Assembly: GCA_023213395.1 (NCBI GenBank)
Contig: CM041465.1
Span: 200,081,741-200,145,740, forward strand
DNA from: Cycas panzhihuaensis
Taxonomy: Eukaryota; Plantae; Cycadophyta
DNA: 64,000 nt
Direction: 5' to 3'
How positions within the stretch are numbered: the first letter of the stretch is position 1; each line of letters begins with the position of its first letter. Under the pieces are notes generated by a model that had not been told where the DNA came from, ran no database searches, and saw only the letters and a list, made by a program, of their open reading frames with translations. The position numbers were made by a program, and so were the translations under genes. Positions 1-14,300 of the stretch are shown in pieces.

Positions 1-430
1 GCATAGAGTAAGGACAAGAAGAGGATAGAAGCCCTTTTTTAAGAAGAAAATGATGATATGCCTCAAACCAAATGCTATGACTAGACAATCTCTCCAAAAT
101 TTTAACATGACTACATAAACAAGCTCAAGTGTATGTGTAAAAAGATGTCTTACTTGTTACAAAGTTATCTTACTTGTTACATAAGTATATATCGAATATG
201 GCCCCAAATATAAATCGATCATGTAAATGAGAGATTCAAATAATGTAAATGATAAACTAAACTAGTTAAGGATGTATGTATACCAGTAATACATTTATCA
301 AACTCCTCACAATATCTTCTATATCTTTGATTAAGATTCTTGAATACCTTATCCAACTTGGCTTCTAAATGATAACCTCTACAACTAGGGAAGATGGCCC
401 TAAATGCCTTAATAGAGCTCTAATACCAAA
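1..430 (-). mobile_element. Remnant of an LTR retrotransposon 5' internal region with tRNA-Met PBS
   Basis: gctctaatacca at 417-428 is the reverse complement of TGGTATTAGAGC (11/12 to the tRNA-iMet PBS TGGTATCAGAGC). TG follows at 431, as expected for an LTR end on the minus strand. No recognisable ORF. Confidence 0.45.
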
Positions 431-1382
431 TGATGGAATTAGGGGACAAAGAAAACAAAATGAAAATGCAGAAAGAGTAAACCATCAATCCTATAAGAGT
501 GGTGGTGTTGATGAATACCAAGGTATTTGGAACCTATAAATAAGTAAGTGGGACTTGAGTGAGATATGGAAAACCATTTAAGGTCCATTACTAACTAGCA
601 TTGACAAATGCCAGATAAACTATTTCCAAGATTTAATAAAGTGTGGCTAAGTTCTGACATAGTGCCACCATGATATCTCCATCAATCTTAGGTTATCACC
701 CCAATTTGGGTAATCGACCCAAGGCAGATATGAGCCCTAATATGGGCACTATTCCAACATGTATTAAGTACCTCATAGTAGAGGGTAAAGGTGACTTTAG
801 CTTTTGTCTCTTATATGTTTTCATTAAATATTATTAATTGAAGATACTTCTCATTGGTGAATTTCAAATATGGTTACTTTAATACTTTCCATAGAAAATA
901 ATAACCTCCTAAATAAAAGGATCATATCTTATAGGCTTTGAGTACTTTCTACAACTTCTTTCTCTTATAAAATTATTCCTCATGAGCTCACAATTTTCCA
1001 TCTCATAAGACTTTAACACAATAAGTTTCTTGTGTTCTACTTTCTCTCTACTCATGAAGTTTACATGTACTTCATTGTTTGGGCCCTTATAAGTTTAGAT
1101 TTTAAGGATCCAACTTATCCTTGTGTAGGGTTCAAGTCAGTCTTGTAGTATTCTCAAATAAGTTAACTTATAAGATACATTGTTAGCCTTATGATTACTC
1201 CTTATAGGGTCATAATTCTTACCCTTGTGAGGAGTTAATTTTGTGTGTGCTTGAGTAAGGTATGAGCTATTTATAATTAAATATACTATAACTAATCTTA
1301 TTAACTATCTATTTAGATATCTTCATGACTCTCACAAGTTATAGTTTATTGACCTCCATAAGCTTTATGCATTATATCTTTC

Positions 1383-2219
1383 CTTCTTTGTAACAATTAT
1401 TTGTATAGCTTTTCAACTCATGTACACATCTTGTAAACTACTCTCTCTCTAAATCTATGAGCCTCATATTTCTTATATTTTCTTAGCTTATAAGGTTTAT
1501 TTATATCTCACATTCTTCAAGTCTTCATAAGTGCAGGCCTTATGATATAGGTCTAACTTTGCATAAAATCATAAATGATGAACCTATAAATATAGAAAAA
1601 ATGCACACACTTGATGGAAAAATAGACAACCAACTTGTTTATTAAATAGTTAAATGTACACATATATAACTCATGGTTTTAAGGTTGTTAATGGTTATTA
1701 TATAACCATTTAACTGCCCACTAAACACTCTTTAATTATAATTTATAATGACTCTTAAATTAAACATATGATCCTTATATTAAACATTATATTCCAACAC
1801 TTCTTTGTAACAATTATTTGTATAGCTTTTCAACTCATGTACGCACGTCTTATAAACTACTATCTCTCTAAATCTATGAGCCTCATATTTCTTATATTTT
1901 ATTAGCTTACAAGGTTTATTTATATCTCACATTCTTCAAGTCTTCATAAGTGCAAGTCTTATGATATAGGTCTAACTTTGCATAAAATCATGAATGATGA
2001 GCCTATAAATGTAGAAAAAATACACACACTTGATGGAAAAATAGGCAACCAACTTGTTTATTGAATAGTCAAATGTACATATATATAACTCATGGTTTTA
2101 AGGTTGTTAATGATTATTATATAACTACCTAACTACCCACTAAACACTCTTTAATTATAATTTATAATGACTCTTAAATTAAACATATGACCCTTATATT
2201 AAACATTATATTCCAACAC
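1383..2219. repeat. Tandem duplication of about 418 bp (flank plus LTR)
   Basis: 1384-1800 and 1801-2219 align end to end (ttctttgtaacaattatttg...ttccaacac) with scattered substitutions. Each copy contains a ~209 bp LTR (1591-1799, 2010-2218). Confidence 0.95.
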
Positions 2220-3549
2220 CTTCTCCCTAATAATGTTTAATTTCTTACAATAAAAAAACTATATCAAACACAACCTTTGTTCTTTTGATGCTTCACTATC
2301 AATCTACATCAATTAGTGTGCTTATACACATGCTTCATTTTCTTTTAAAAATGTGGCTTATATCCATATAAAGATATCACCATCCACTAGATCACATAGG
2401 TAACAAGACTCTGTGTTCCCCAGTTATCTAGGTAATATCTTCGTATACATGATTCATCAACACTAAATAAATCTTCATCTAGCTTATATTTCAACCCCTT
2501 TAATAATTCAATTCACTGATGTGTATCTTGTGAGTAAGTTGAACTACTTAAGCAGACAAATACCATAAAACTAGATATTTAGGAATAAGTTGTACTACTT
2601 GGCTAATAATGTCTAGTAACTTGTGTCAATCTCACCTTTTTTTCATATGAGATTCTCAACACCAACAATGACAAAATTTGGTCACAAACATCGTCATCAT
2701 TGACTCTTTGGCTAGAACGACCATCATTATTAGTTTTTACAAAGCACACATACTATAACAATCAACAACTACCTTTTTCATATGTTTACTACAAAGGTAT
2801 ACATTGAAGTAGTAATATAACTGCCATGATCAAATGCAAATCTCTTATAAAATATAGGGAACTAAAGCTTCATCATTGATTGCTTTACTATGATGATTTC
2901 AATTTTTAAATTTCATAGATTATCTTCACCTACCCGTCTTTAGTCTTTATGATATATGCTTAAACTCATATATCAATCTTATATAGAGCTAATAATTTTT
3001 TCTTCAATAAATAAGTTTATATTTTTGTAAATCATCAACATTTGCATTGACAAATAGATCATAGGCTATAGAAACCTGAATGTCTAGTTTTGACAAGAAC
3101 CTTAACTAATAGATGACCTTATACCACTATGCCTTCCTTAGACGAAACTTTATGCACAAGTTAAATTCAAGCTAAAATTCACTTTGTAGTGTCTCCAATT
3201 AATGCATACACTTTCCATTGCAATGAAATCTCCTAAGTATTTTGTAGTCTTGAATGTCTTTCATCTATAACTATTGAAAAAATCAACCATTCCTACTGAA
3301 GACTAGAAGTTGGGTGGTAAGTGACTTGAACTTTTATCTACTAATGTTAGACTCGATATCCATACTCAACAAATTCTTTCCCTCTAGAATAGTTTCTTGT
3401 TTTTCATGACATTCATTTTACCTTTCAAGGAGAAGCATAGGTTTCTACCTCAATCATCTATCTAGTCAATCCCTCCAATAAATGGTATCCATTTATGGAT
3501 GAGTTCTATCTTCCATAATAAATGTTTGCATCTTATTCTTGACCTCAAT

Positions 3550-4556
3550 CTAACTACATCTTGGTTCTTTTTTTTCACTCACCTATCTTTTATTAATTTC
3601 CTAGATGCCTTCTAAAATTTGAAAAGAAACACATACAATTCCTCCTTGGAACTCATACCCCCTGCTTCTCTATATTTCAATAAGTACTCCAAAGCTTCTT
3701 AATAACCAATTACACAAGATGCACAAGTTATGTTAAGAAGAATTCCCATTCCCATGTCCAAAGCTAAGAGGTTTTAATCAATATTCCCATTCTTCCTATA
3801 AGAATCTCCTCACATTGTTGATCAATACACCTATAAATATTTGTTCTTTGATTTGAAAGAAAAGAAGTAGAGAAAGTCAGTCTAATTCCTTGAAGGAACT
3901 CTACACCTTTTTAATCTCTATATATGTGCTATTAGACAAAGAAACTAATATTCTTAAGCCTCCTTGTTATTTCATAAAGTCATATGGTATAGGAAATAAG
4001 GTTCAAGGGCTTCTTAAAGCCTTAATTATTTCAAGGCCACATGGCAAGTGATACTAGTCATTGCATGCCAAATTACAAGCAAGGAATCACCTTATTTTAG
4101 AAGAAATTACATAACTTTATACTAGTTTTTGTTATTCTAAAGTATTATAATCTTTGAGTCAATTTTAATAGCTATTGTAAAATATGATTTTAGCACACTT
4201 GGCCTACTATACAAGTACCACTGCAAGTATAATCTAGTACCACCAATAATAATTGGTACATGTCCTTTATCAAGAACATCTATTGTCACTTCTCTTGCAT
4301 CCTCAAAATATTTTCCAACAAAATACTCTTATGTTGGATGTAAAATATAAAGGAAGTAGTGCGGTATCTCCTAGTGGTCACTAATTATAGTTTTTATAGT
4401 TCCAACATCTAAATCCCTATAAACATATATTAAGTCAACACTAATGATTTTCCTACCAAATCTCTTTACTAATTCTAGCATAAGTTGACTCTTCCCAATG
4501 GCTATGAGCTTTATGATTATGATCACCTTATCCTTATTCCATTTTACTTGCCTCAA
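3550..4556 (-). pseudogene. IPT9: Intronless (processed) tRNA isopentenyltransferase copy, IPT9/miaA-like, with stops and frameshifts
   Basis: Manual minus-strand translation gives ordered motifs: KVIII..IGKSQLMLELVKRFGRKIISVDLIYVYRDLDVGT, IPHYFLYILHP, EYFVGKYFEDAREVTIDVLDKGHVPIIIGGTRLYLQWYLY, ND*YHLPCGLEIIK, IPYDF, IYRCIDQQCEEIL, VIGY*EALEYL, FLFKF*KASR. These are colinear with plant IPT9 and show no intron-sized gaps. Confidence 0.88.
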
Positions 4557-4689
4557 ACATATTATAGTTTCAAAATGTATAGCACTCTTTTTTCCTAACT
4601 AATTATTTCTATACATTATTAACAAAACACTGCTTACACAAAATGTTACATATTCCATGCTTCCACAAGATCCTACCTTGCTTGTCCTA

Positions 4690-5460
4690 GATATAATACT
4701 CCATTCTTAGCATAATGCCATAGCCTTACCCCATGGAATAAAATTAGTGATGGTCTTCATCAACCATGCTTGAATGGCTACATGCATATAAAACATAAAT
4801 TAAGGTAATATCATCTGGCTTCATGCCTACTAATGGTAAAAGAATTAAAGTGTATCCTTTCCATGACCATGATAGGCACATCCTATAATCAGTATAGTCC
4901 ATGAAATCATTGTTCATTTAAGTATTTTGTCAAATACCTTTTGTGCATTAACCATACTCTCATATTTTTCATGCACTTCAACAAGCATATTCCTAGCCCA
5001 AACATGAGAGTCAAATCCAATTTTGATGATTTGGATGTGGATTTGCTTGCCTTGTTTTAGAGTTACTAGGATGGAAAATCTGGCACACACAATGGCATAG
5101 GTGAATTGGTCTTGTTCTATGAATTCAAGTTTCATTTGACACATAAGTTTCAATGCCTCTTGACTATGATTAAGAGCAATAAATCGCATCTTTTCAAGCA
5201 TTTTATCAAATACTTTCCTTGCATCCTCTACCCTACCATATTCAAAATGCATCATAACAAGTGCATTTGCCACAAAAACATTTCTTTGAAATTGATTTAT
5301 AATTATTTTAAAATGGATCTATTTGTTCTATTCCAAATGTGATAGGTTGGTACATGCATTGAGAATGCTAACAAAAGTGAACCGGTTAGGTTTCATGCCC
5401 ACCAAATGCATTTGGTAAAATAATTCGAGGACCTCCTAGTTGTATAAGCATTGATTTATT
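4690..5460 (-). pseudogene. PLS-class pentatricopeptide repeat (PPR) gene fragment
   Basis: EVLELFYQMHLVGMKPNRFTFVSILNAC, VFVANALVMM..YGRVEDARKVFDKM, GKQIHIQIIKIGFDSHVWARNMLVEV..K..SMVNAQKVFD, GMKPDDITL..LYACSH: typical P-L-S motif text, with stops. Confidence 0.9.
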
Positions 5461-6120
5461 AATAAGTGATGGCCCCTTGGAACCCAAAACAAACTTTAGT
5501 TATTTTTCTTTTTCTTTTCTTAATATATCTTTTACTACTTCAGCTTCTTTCAAACAATCCTTAATTTGTGCTACAAAGAGATAGATAACTTTTATACCTT
5601 TTTTCGCCAAATTGATTTTGGGGTCTATTACATTCATGGAAATTCCAATTACCTAAGATGCACCATCCCTAAATGCTTGCATTAAGTCTTCCCATTGTGT
5701 TCCATAATTCTTAACAATAGCTAATACTGCATAGTAAATATCATGAATAATTGAGCCCCAAGACATTAACTCTGCTCTGAACCCTAAATTATTATAAAAT
5801 ATTATTTTGAATCTAAAGAACAAGAACCTAAACTCAAAGAATTAGAATTTTTGTCATGAAGACTTCCATTTTATGACCTTAATTCTACTATATACCTCTA
5901 AGAATCCCACTGAAACATCTATCAAAGCTTGTATTGGATTACTACCATAGCCACTATTGATGGATGATTGACACTTATTCTATTACATAAGTGTCATCTT
6001 TGGGGTTTGGTAATCTTCATTTCTAGGGCATCCTAATAGACATATTATCACTTTATCTATTATCATCACTATCAACTTTCAGTGGTCTAGTGCCTGGCTT
6101 CTAGCAACACTCCTCGCCTT

Positions 6121-6235
6121 ACATTATCATAAGCATGAGCAAATTCTTTAGCCATATCAAAGATACAAAGCTAAACCTATACTTTCTTTCATGGATCTCT
6201 AATCTCCATAGCAAGCCTTCCCCATGGCCTTCTCT
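6121..6235 (-). pseudogene. AP2/ERF DNA-binding domain fragment
   Basis: Minus strand reads RRPWGRLAMEIRDP*KKV*V*LCIFDMAKEFAHAYDN, matching the ERF consensus [37 protein letters not shown], with stops at W/R codons. Confidence 0.8.
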
Positions 6236-8369
6236 CCATCTTGCTCACATCCTCATCCTAGGAATGTAGAGGAGATTTAATGTATCATGATGTATAGAGG
6301 TTCTTCTTATCTTAGAGCATGCAGGTTCCACCTTTATTTAGATGTTCTACATTCTTACACATTCTAAGTTTGAGAAGTTCCATCTCAAGAAGTATGTGCA
6401 TGGATGCCTCTCAAACCTACTTTGATACCATATAGAAAAAATACACACAGTTAACGAAAAAATAGATAACCAACTTGTCTATTGAATAGTCAAATGTATA
6501 CATATATAACTCATGGTTTTAAAGTTATTAATCATTATTATATAACCACCTAACAACCTAACCACCTAACTACCCACTAAATACTCTTAAATTATAATTC
6601 ATAATGACTCTCATATTAAACATATGACCCTTATATTAAACATTATATTCCAATAGCAAAGTCAAAGTGAAAACCTTATTTATGAGATACATCATTACTC
6701 CATTGCTTTATGTTCTTTTATATTTCACTCTATGCATCTGAGTATTCTATTTATCTTGAGTGCCTTAGGAGTTAGGAAATATGTCCATTTTCTAGTTAAG
6801 CCCTTCTTTATGTAATAATATATGTCAATACACCATCTCAAGTAAATTAATTATGCTCTACTTATAGAGAGTGCACATGGAATTTTTGCATATGAAATAA
6901 TTCAACTAAAGTTAATGGGTGTTTAGGTTGCAAGGACTTATCATAAATTTTCTATTTAGGTGCTATATACAATAACAACAAGATTGAGCTTATTGAATCC
7001 ACTATTAGGGGAAGAAACTATTAATGAAAAGGCAATATATAGGGTAGAAGCCAACCTACCTATTTGAATACATGCATCATGTGTGTAGTGGAGGAAACAC
7101 TATGAATGAATCAACATCAAAAGAGGAGGTATGATAATGTAGTATGACAATTAAATAAGGCAATAAGATAAAAAATATATTAAAGAATAAATATATAAGA
7201 CAATCATAGAATACAGTTGGTTAATAGTCATGGGTGGAGTAGCTAGATAAAAGAGGTAATAGAGCTAATTCGACAACAAATAAAAGTAAAGTATAAATGA
7301 TCATTATCAGTAGGATAATGGATAGATATGGGGGAAAGTAACATATATGTAGGCCAACTCTTGCTTTGATATCAAATGTAGCAAGCCCAAGTGATTGGGC
7401 AAGCCCAAGCATGGAGAAAAGATGTAAAGAGTCAAGTAAAACTTAATTTTAGAAATTAAAGTCATCATAATAATAACATCTTCGTCCAATAATATTTTTA
7501 TAGACACCCATTGACTAGTTTAATAGAGTTTACTCAAACATCGATTAGAGGTTCATTGCATTACCATTCCTCAAATAAATAGCTTATTGTATAAGTTATA
7601 TGGAGCCAAGCATTTCACCAAGATTGACCTTCATTCAAGATATTATTAGATCAAGGTAAGGGAATAAGATAACTAAAAAATAGATTTTCAAACCCATGAA
7701 GAACATTGCAAGTTTAGAGTAATTCTATATGGACTAGGGAATGCCTTAGGTACCCTTAAAGTTATGATGAATTTGTATTTAGACTTTACTTATGGAAGTT
7801 TGTTTTAGTTTTCTTTGATAATACTTTGATATACAACATAAATTATTAAAAATCATCTCTAACACATAAGAATAATCCTCCAAGTCCTATAACGTAATGC
7901 CTTCTTTGTCAAAATGTTAAAATGTTCATTCATAAAGACTAAGTTAGAGTATTTTGGGGATATTATCTTAGAAGAAGAGATCAAAGTAAACTTTAAGAAA
8001 ATTTGATTCATGCTAAAATAACAAACACCCAAGAATATATCCAAGATCAAAGGGTTTCTAGGTGTAAGGGGTTTTTACAAGAAGTTCATCAAGGGGTATG
8101 CTCACTTTATAGCACCCCTAACAAACATTACTAGAAGGGATGCCTTTGTATAAAATGATCAAGCAAATAAGGCCTTATAGGATCTTAAGTAAAAGATGGC
8201 AACTTCACTTATACTCATCACCTTAGATTTCTTAAAATTATTTATTTTAAAATCTAACACTTCAGATCAAGTATTAGGGGTAATTCTAATATATAACAAC
8301 ATACTAATAACATTTGAAAGAAAAAAAAATCAAAGATAAGGAAAACTTTAAGTATAATTAGGATAAAGA

Positions 8370-11300
8370 CCTACTTATCATCAAAGTGGGTTTAAGTCAC
8401 TAGTTGAGTGGTGGTGGTTTCACCTCAAAGACTAGGGTTCAAGTCTTATGGAGACATGGGCATGTGTATATTATCTAGTTTGAACTATCAACCTATGCCT
8501 CATGTTAAACCCTTACAGGTGGTTATTGTTTACAATATGTTAAATGAGTTAGAATATAATGTCTAATCCTTTGTATATTAATGTATTATATCTAATTATC
8601 ATCTCGTCATAGTTAATGTTAAGTGATGTAAATATAAATGTAACATTCTATATTATTCACATTGAGACCTTAATGGGTTATTAGACTCTTCATGTATAAA
8701 TATATAATCTATCTCTCATAATGATAAAGAGAGTTCATTATTTTTCTTCATCAAGCTCTAATGCTTCTGGCTTTCTGATCTAACATGTTATCATAGCTAT
8801 TTTAGGTCTCGACCTTGCTTAGAGAAGGATTTTCATACGACTGTATGGACAGATCTGTACACCCATATGGTTTAAACGATCAACAAAAATTTATCCACAT
8901 GGGTGCCTCTACCTGTTCTTCATTTCTCTCCAAAGGACCAAACCTTGATTTAGCCATCTTGATCTCCTAAAGCCTGCTAAAATTCATACGGCTATCATTG
9001 GAGACTTTTGCTCATTTCTCATTGTATGAACATCCATACTAAAAAACCCTAGTATCAATGGAAAGCCCTCAGCATAAGCTTTCCATTGATATATGACTCC
9101 AGGGCCATCTCCTTTAGATCTGAAAAATATCAACAAAATTATCAAAAAAACCTAGCCACCCATTAGAGATTCGTCTAGCTTTTTCTCCTTATAGAGAGGT
9201 CCATTCAAAAAAACTAGTTGCAAATTTGGAATCTACACATCAAGGCCATTGTTTTAACACCATTTTTAGATCATTTTGAGAAAGTCAATTTTTGGCTTAT
9301 TTATTGAACTATACTACCATCCATACGACAATTAATAGTAGTTCTTTCTCTCAAGAAAGCATTCAAAACCTTTATTACTATATTTTCTTGTTCTTAGCTA
9401 AGTATTCTAGTCTCCTTTATTTCTTTAAAAATATATATTAAAAAATGGGATATATTTGTTGTGTTTACCTCCTTTTCCCATGGGTAAATAACACTACTTG
9501 GCAGTTACTCATTCCCAACCTTAGAGACCTTGTTTTGGGGGTCTATAACAATTGCGTTAGATCTGTCACTCTTGGCTAAGCATGTTTGGAGTTTAGAACT
9601 AGCATATGAAGTGAGGGGAACTGAAAGGACCTAATACCAAGGTCTCAAATAGAACTCGCTTACAGATTTGAGCCTCCATGTTCCAAAAGATATATAGGAG
9701 GACCCTATAGGAGCTTAAGCCCATTCTAAATTAGGGAGCCTGACTGACTGCCAAAGCCTTATAGTATAGTGGTTAATAATTAGTACTACGAAGTTACCTA
9801 TCTCAAATCACCATTGGAGGTTTATCGATAGGCCTACGAATTTAAGTAATCTCGTGGCTAGACTTGATAGAATTACTCACCTATTCATGGCTTCCTCTCT
9901 TTGACTTTTTGAGTCTAAAACACTCACTAGTGATAACTATGAATCATGGAATACCAAGATTAGATCTATACTAGTGGCTCAGGGTATATGGGATTGAATG
10001 AAGATCATTAAACCTAAACCTATGGATGCTGCTGAAAAGAAGGTGCACCTGGAACAAAAAGACCTTACTACCTCCATAACTCTATTAGTTGTAGACTCTA
10101 TCCTACCTCATATAGCTGGTACCACCACTCCTCATGAGGCCTAGACCATATTGAAGACATTGTATGCCCAGAGAAACGCGGCCCATGTGATGGCTCTCAA
10201 AAGCTAAATAGATACCCTAAGGATATCTGAATTAGAAGATTTCACCCCCTTCCTTAGATAATTCAAGCTACTTCATGAGAGCTTGGTGTCAGTTGGAGTG
10301 AATTATTCAAATGATGACTTCATTAATCTTATTATACACAAATTTCCTACTCGATTCTAGAACTTTATTACATCTTATAAGTTGATGGCAGAAATTGTGC
10401 AATTGTCCTTCATTACTGTTTATGGTTAACTTCTACGTCATGAGCAAACTGAAACCAACCTTGAAAATGAATTAGAGAATGCATTCTCATCCAGAGTGAG
10501 TATTTGAGGTAGGGGCACCATTAATAGAGAATTTTTTTATGGATTAGATTGAGGGAGAAGATGACCCACAAACTATATTCCTAGTAGAGGGCAATATTCT
10601 CTTCACTCTACCCCCATCTAGTACTCAGGGGGACAACTTGGTCACTAAATCATTTGCTATTATTATAGGAAAGCTGGTAAATACACCACCAATTGCTATC
10701 ACTACAAAGCTGATATAGAAAAGGAGATCATAGCTTTAAGCAGCCACTCAGATAGAAAGGAGCCAATTGAAGATGAAAAAGAAGAAGAAGAAGAGACTAC
10801 ATTTGTAATAACTCTTTCCTTAATAGTAAAGAACAAAAGTTATAATGATTGGTTTATAGACTCTAGAGCTTCTAAACACATGACCCATAAGAAAACTTAG
10901 TTTAGCAACATGAGTCCTTCTCAAAATTGTGATTTAATTAAACTTGGGGATGACACCACTCATCTAATATAAGGACATGGAACAATTCTTATTACCATGC
11001 CAGATGGAAACATTGGAAAAGTTGGTCATATGCTCTATGTACTAAGGATAATAAAAAACCTATTATATGTATCTCAACTGATTGACAAAAAGATCCAAGT
11101 CATAGATGATGGTGATGGATGTGTCATTTTTGATAAATATAAAGGGAACAAAGTAATTGGTGAGGGCATCAAAACTAATGGACTATATAAATTTCTTGCC
11201 ATACCAATTCACTCTACCCTTCATATAACTAAAAATGTTGATAATGGAAAACTTTGGCATTTGTGCTATGGTCATTTGTCTTATGATGTTTTATTCTTAT

Positions 11301-14300
11301 TAAGTAAATATGATATGGCGTATGGTCTGCCATGGATTAAAAAATATAGCTCTATTTGTAACATGTGCATGATGGATAAACAACATAAACTGTAATTTTT
11401 TACTATCACTACTAGATCATATTACAAATTACAGTTAATTCATAGTGATCTTTGTGGTCCATTCACTCCCCCATCTATGCAAGAGGCATGCTATTATTTG
11501 ACCTTCATAGATGATTACACTAGAAAGATCTAGATCTATTTTCTCAAACTTAAATCTAGTGTATTTGATACCTTTCTTAACTTCAAAGCCAAAGTTGAAA
11601 AGGAAAGCGAATGCAACATCAACTACTTGAGGATCGACAATGGTGGAGAATTCACAACTAATGAATTTGCATAATAGTATAAGAAAATTAGTATACAAAG
11701 GTAATTTACGACCCCCTATAATCCATAATCTAATGGAGTGGCTAAGAGAAAAAATAGGACCATAATAAAGATGACTCATTCCTTGTTGAAACAAAAAGAG
11801 GTAAGTAACACATATTGGGTTGAGGTAGTAAATACAATCATATACTTTCTCAATAGAAGTCCAACTAAAGCACTAGAGAACATAACTCATGAAGAAGCAG
11901 GGTCAGGACCAACCATCTTCAAGTCTTTGGATCAACCATCTACATGCATATTCCTACTGAAAAGAGAAGGAAATTAGATGATAAAAGTAGAAGATATATT
12001 CTTGTGGGATATAATGAGGTCTCCAAAGCATATCGATGTCTAGATCCTTTAACCAATAAGATTTGTCCTAGTAGGGATGTGCACTTTGAAGAATCATCTA
12101 ATGAAGGCCAAGTTGATGGGACAATTATCCCTACTCAATCAAATGGCATCATCAAACTAAGTTGGACTTAATCTCACTCTGAGGTACATCAAGGTTAACA
12201 ATAAAGAATGAAAAATCCACCTCCATCGGCCATCACTACAAGTGTCTCTGATGAAGATATAAATTTAGGATCCCATTCAACTAAATAGAATGAGGTTATC
12301 AACAACTCAATTCAGTCTCAAAACTCCTCATAGAAAAAGGTGCCAAAATGGTACCTACAAATAATGGAGGAATCTAGAGTAAATCTAGATCTCATTCAAG
12401 AAGAGAAAAGAACTAAAAGTCAAACATATTGCAGGCTCTTTGCTTAACATGATATCTCATATTAGCAAGCCCAAAATGATCCTTGTTGGAAAGAAGCAAT
12501 GAACAAAGAAATGGAATCAATCTATAATAATAGAACCTGGGATATCATTGCTCCTCCTCAAGGAAAACCCATCAGTGGATGTAGATGGTTATATAAAATC
12601 AAAGAGAATTCTGATGGCTCAATTGAGAAATATAAGGATCAACTTGTTGTAAAGGGCTACTCTCAAAATCAAGGAATAGATTATGAAGAAACATTTACTT
12701 CTGTCACTAAAATAACAACTCTTAGGATAGTGATTACCTTAGTTGAACAAAATAATTAGCCAGTGTATCAAATGGATGTTAAAGGAGCCTTTCTTAATGG
12801 AGACCTTCATGAGGAAGCATACATGGAACAACCACCAAGATATGTTGCACAAAGATAGGAGCACCTTATTTGCAAACTCAACAAAACTCTTTATGAACTA
12901 AAGTAGGCTCCTAGGGCATGGTATATAAAGATAGACTCCTACCTGCAAAGTCTTGGAATGAAGCAATCAGAAGCTGACTCTAGTCTTTACATTCACATTG
13001 ACAAGAATGACAAAGTCACCATTCTTGTACTATATGTATATGATTTGATACTCACTGGGAGTAATACCAATTGGATCAACTCATTATGACTTCAATTATC
13101 CAAAACCTTCAAACTGATAAACTTGGGAGAAATCCACTACTACCTAGAAATAGAAATTCATAAGTTGAAGGGTGGAATTTTCATACATCAAAGTAAGTAT
13201 ACAGCACAAATATTGAAAGACTATAGTATGGCAAACTATAAACCATCCTTCACACCTATGTTTTCTAAAACCAAACTTATTGTTAATCCTAATGGGGACC
13301 TAGTAAATGAAACTCATTACAAGAAACTAGTCACAAACCTCATATATCTCACTTCAACAAGACTAGACATTGCATTTGTAGTAGGGGTAATCTCAAGGTA
13401 TATGTTTGCCCCAAAGGTATCACATTGGAAAAAAATCAAGCATATTCTTCTTTACCTATAAGGAACAAAAACATATGGTATTTACTACAGTAATCAAGGA
13501 TCAAATTAATTAACTAGGTACATAGACTTAGACTGAGCAGGAGACATTGACAGTAAAAAATCCACCTATGGATACTATTTTGACCTAGGAAATGGTATTG
13601 TATCTTGGATAACCAAGAAATAGTCCATTGTTTTATTATCTACATCCAAAATAGAATACCAGGCAGTAGTTCAATCCTCCTACAAGGCTATCTAACTAAG
13701 ATGTCTTTTGGATGATCTATTATTTTCTCAAAATATTGTAACCATAATTAACTATGATAATCAAAGCACCATTCAAATGATAAAGAACCTAGTTTGTCAT
13801 GCCCAAACAAAACATATTAAAGTTCATCATCACGTATAGAAGAGAAAGTAGATAAAGGAGAAGTCAAATTATCCTATTGTCCAAGTTCAGAATAATTAGC
13901 TAACATCTTCATAAAACCTCTTCCTAAGGAGAAATTCCTATACCTCAGAGATAGGATCGGCATGAAGGAAAAGGATACGACATTTAGATGGGATGTTAGA
14001 ATATAATGTCTAATCCTTTATATATTAATGTATTATATCTAACTATCACATTGTCATAGTTAATGTTAAGTGATGTAAACATAAATGTAATATTTTATGT
14101 TAGTCGGGCTAAACCCCTAATGGATTATTAGACTCCTCATATATAAATATGTAATCTATCTCTCATAATAATCAAGAGAGTTCATTATTTTTCTTCATCA
14201 AGCTTTGATGCTTTTGGCCTTCTCATCTAAAAAAACGATCCACCCTACTCATCGTGGTGATTGATAAGTCCCCAATGTATCAATTCATCCCATATCACAT

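Larger units (their letters stand above)
2010..6655 (-). mobile_element. Non-autonomous short-LTR retrotransposon (TRIM/LARD-like) with captured host gene fragments
   Basis: LTRs at 2010-2218 and 6431-6655, PBS TGGTATCAAAG (minus, 6420-6430), PPT TAGGGAGAAGG (minus, 2219-2229). Degenerate TSD ataaa (2005-2009) / gcaaa (6656-6660), both mismatches transitions. No gag/pol recognised internally. Confidence 0.85.

Noticed and set aside
3550-4556. Bacterial miaA horizontal transfer or contamination
   Set aside because: Motifs (NDWY..LEI, IPYDF, RCIDQQCEE) follow plant IPT9, and the context is a plant LTR element.
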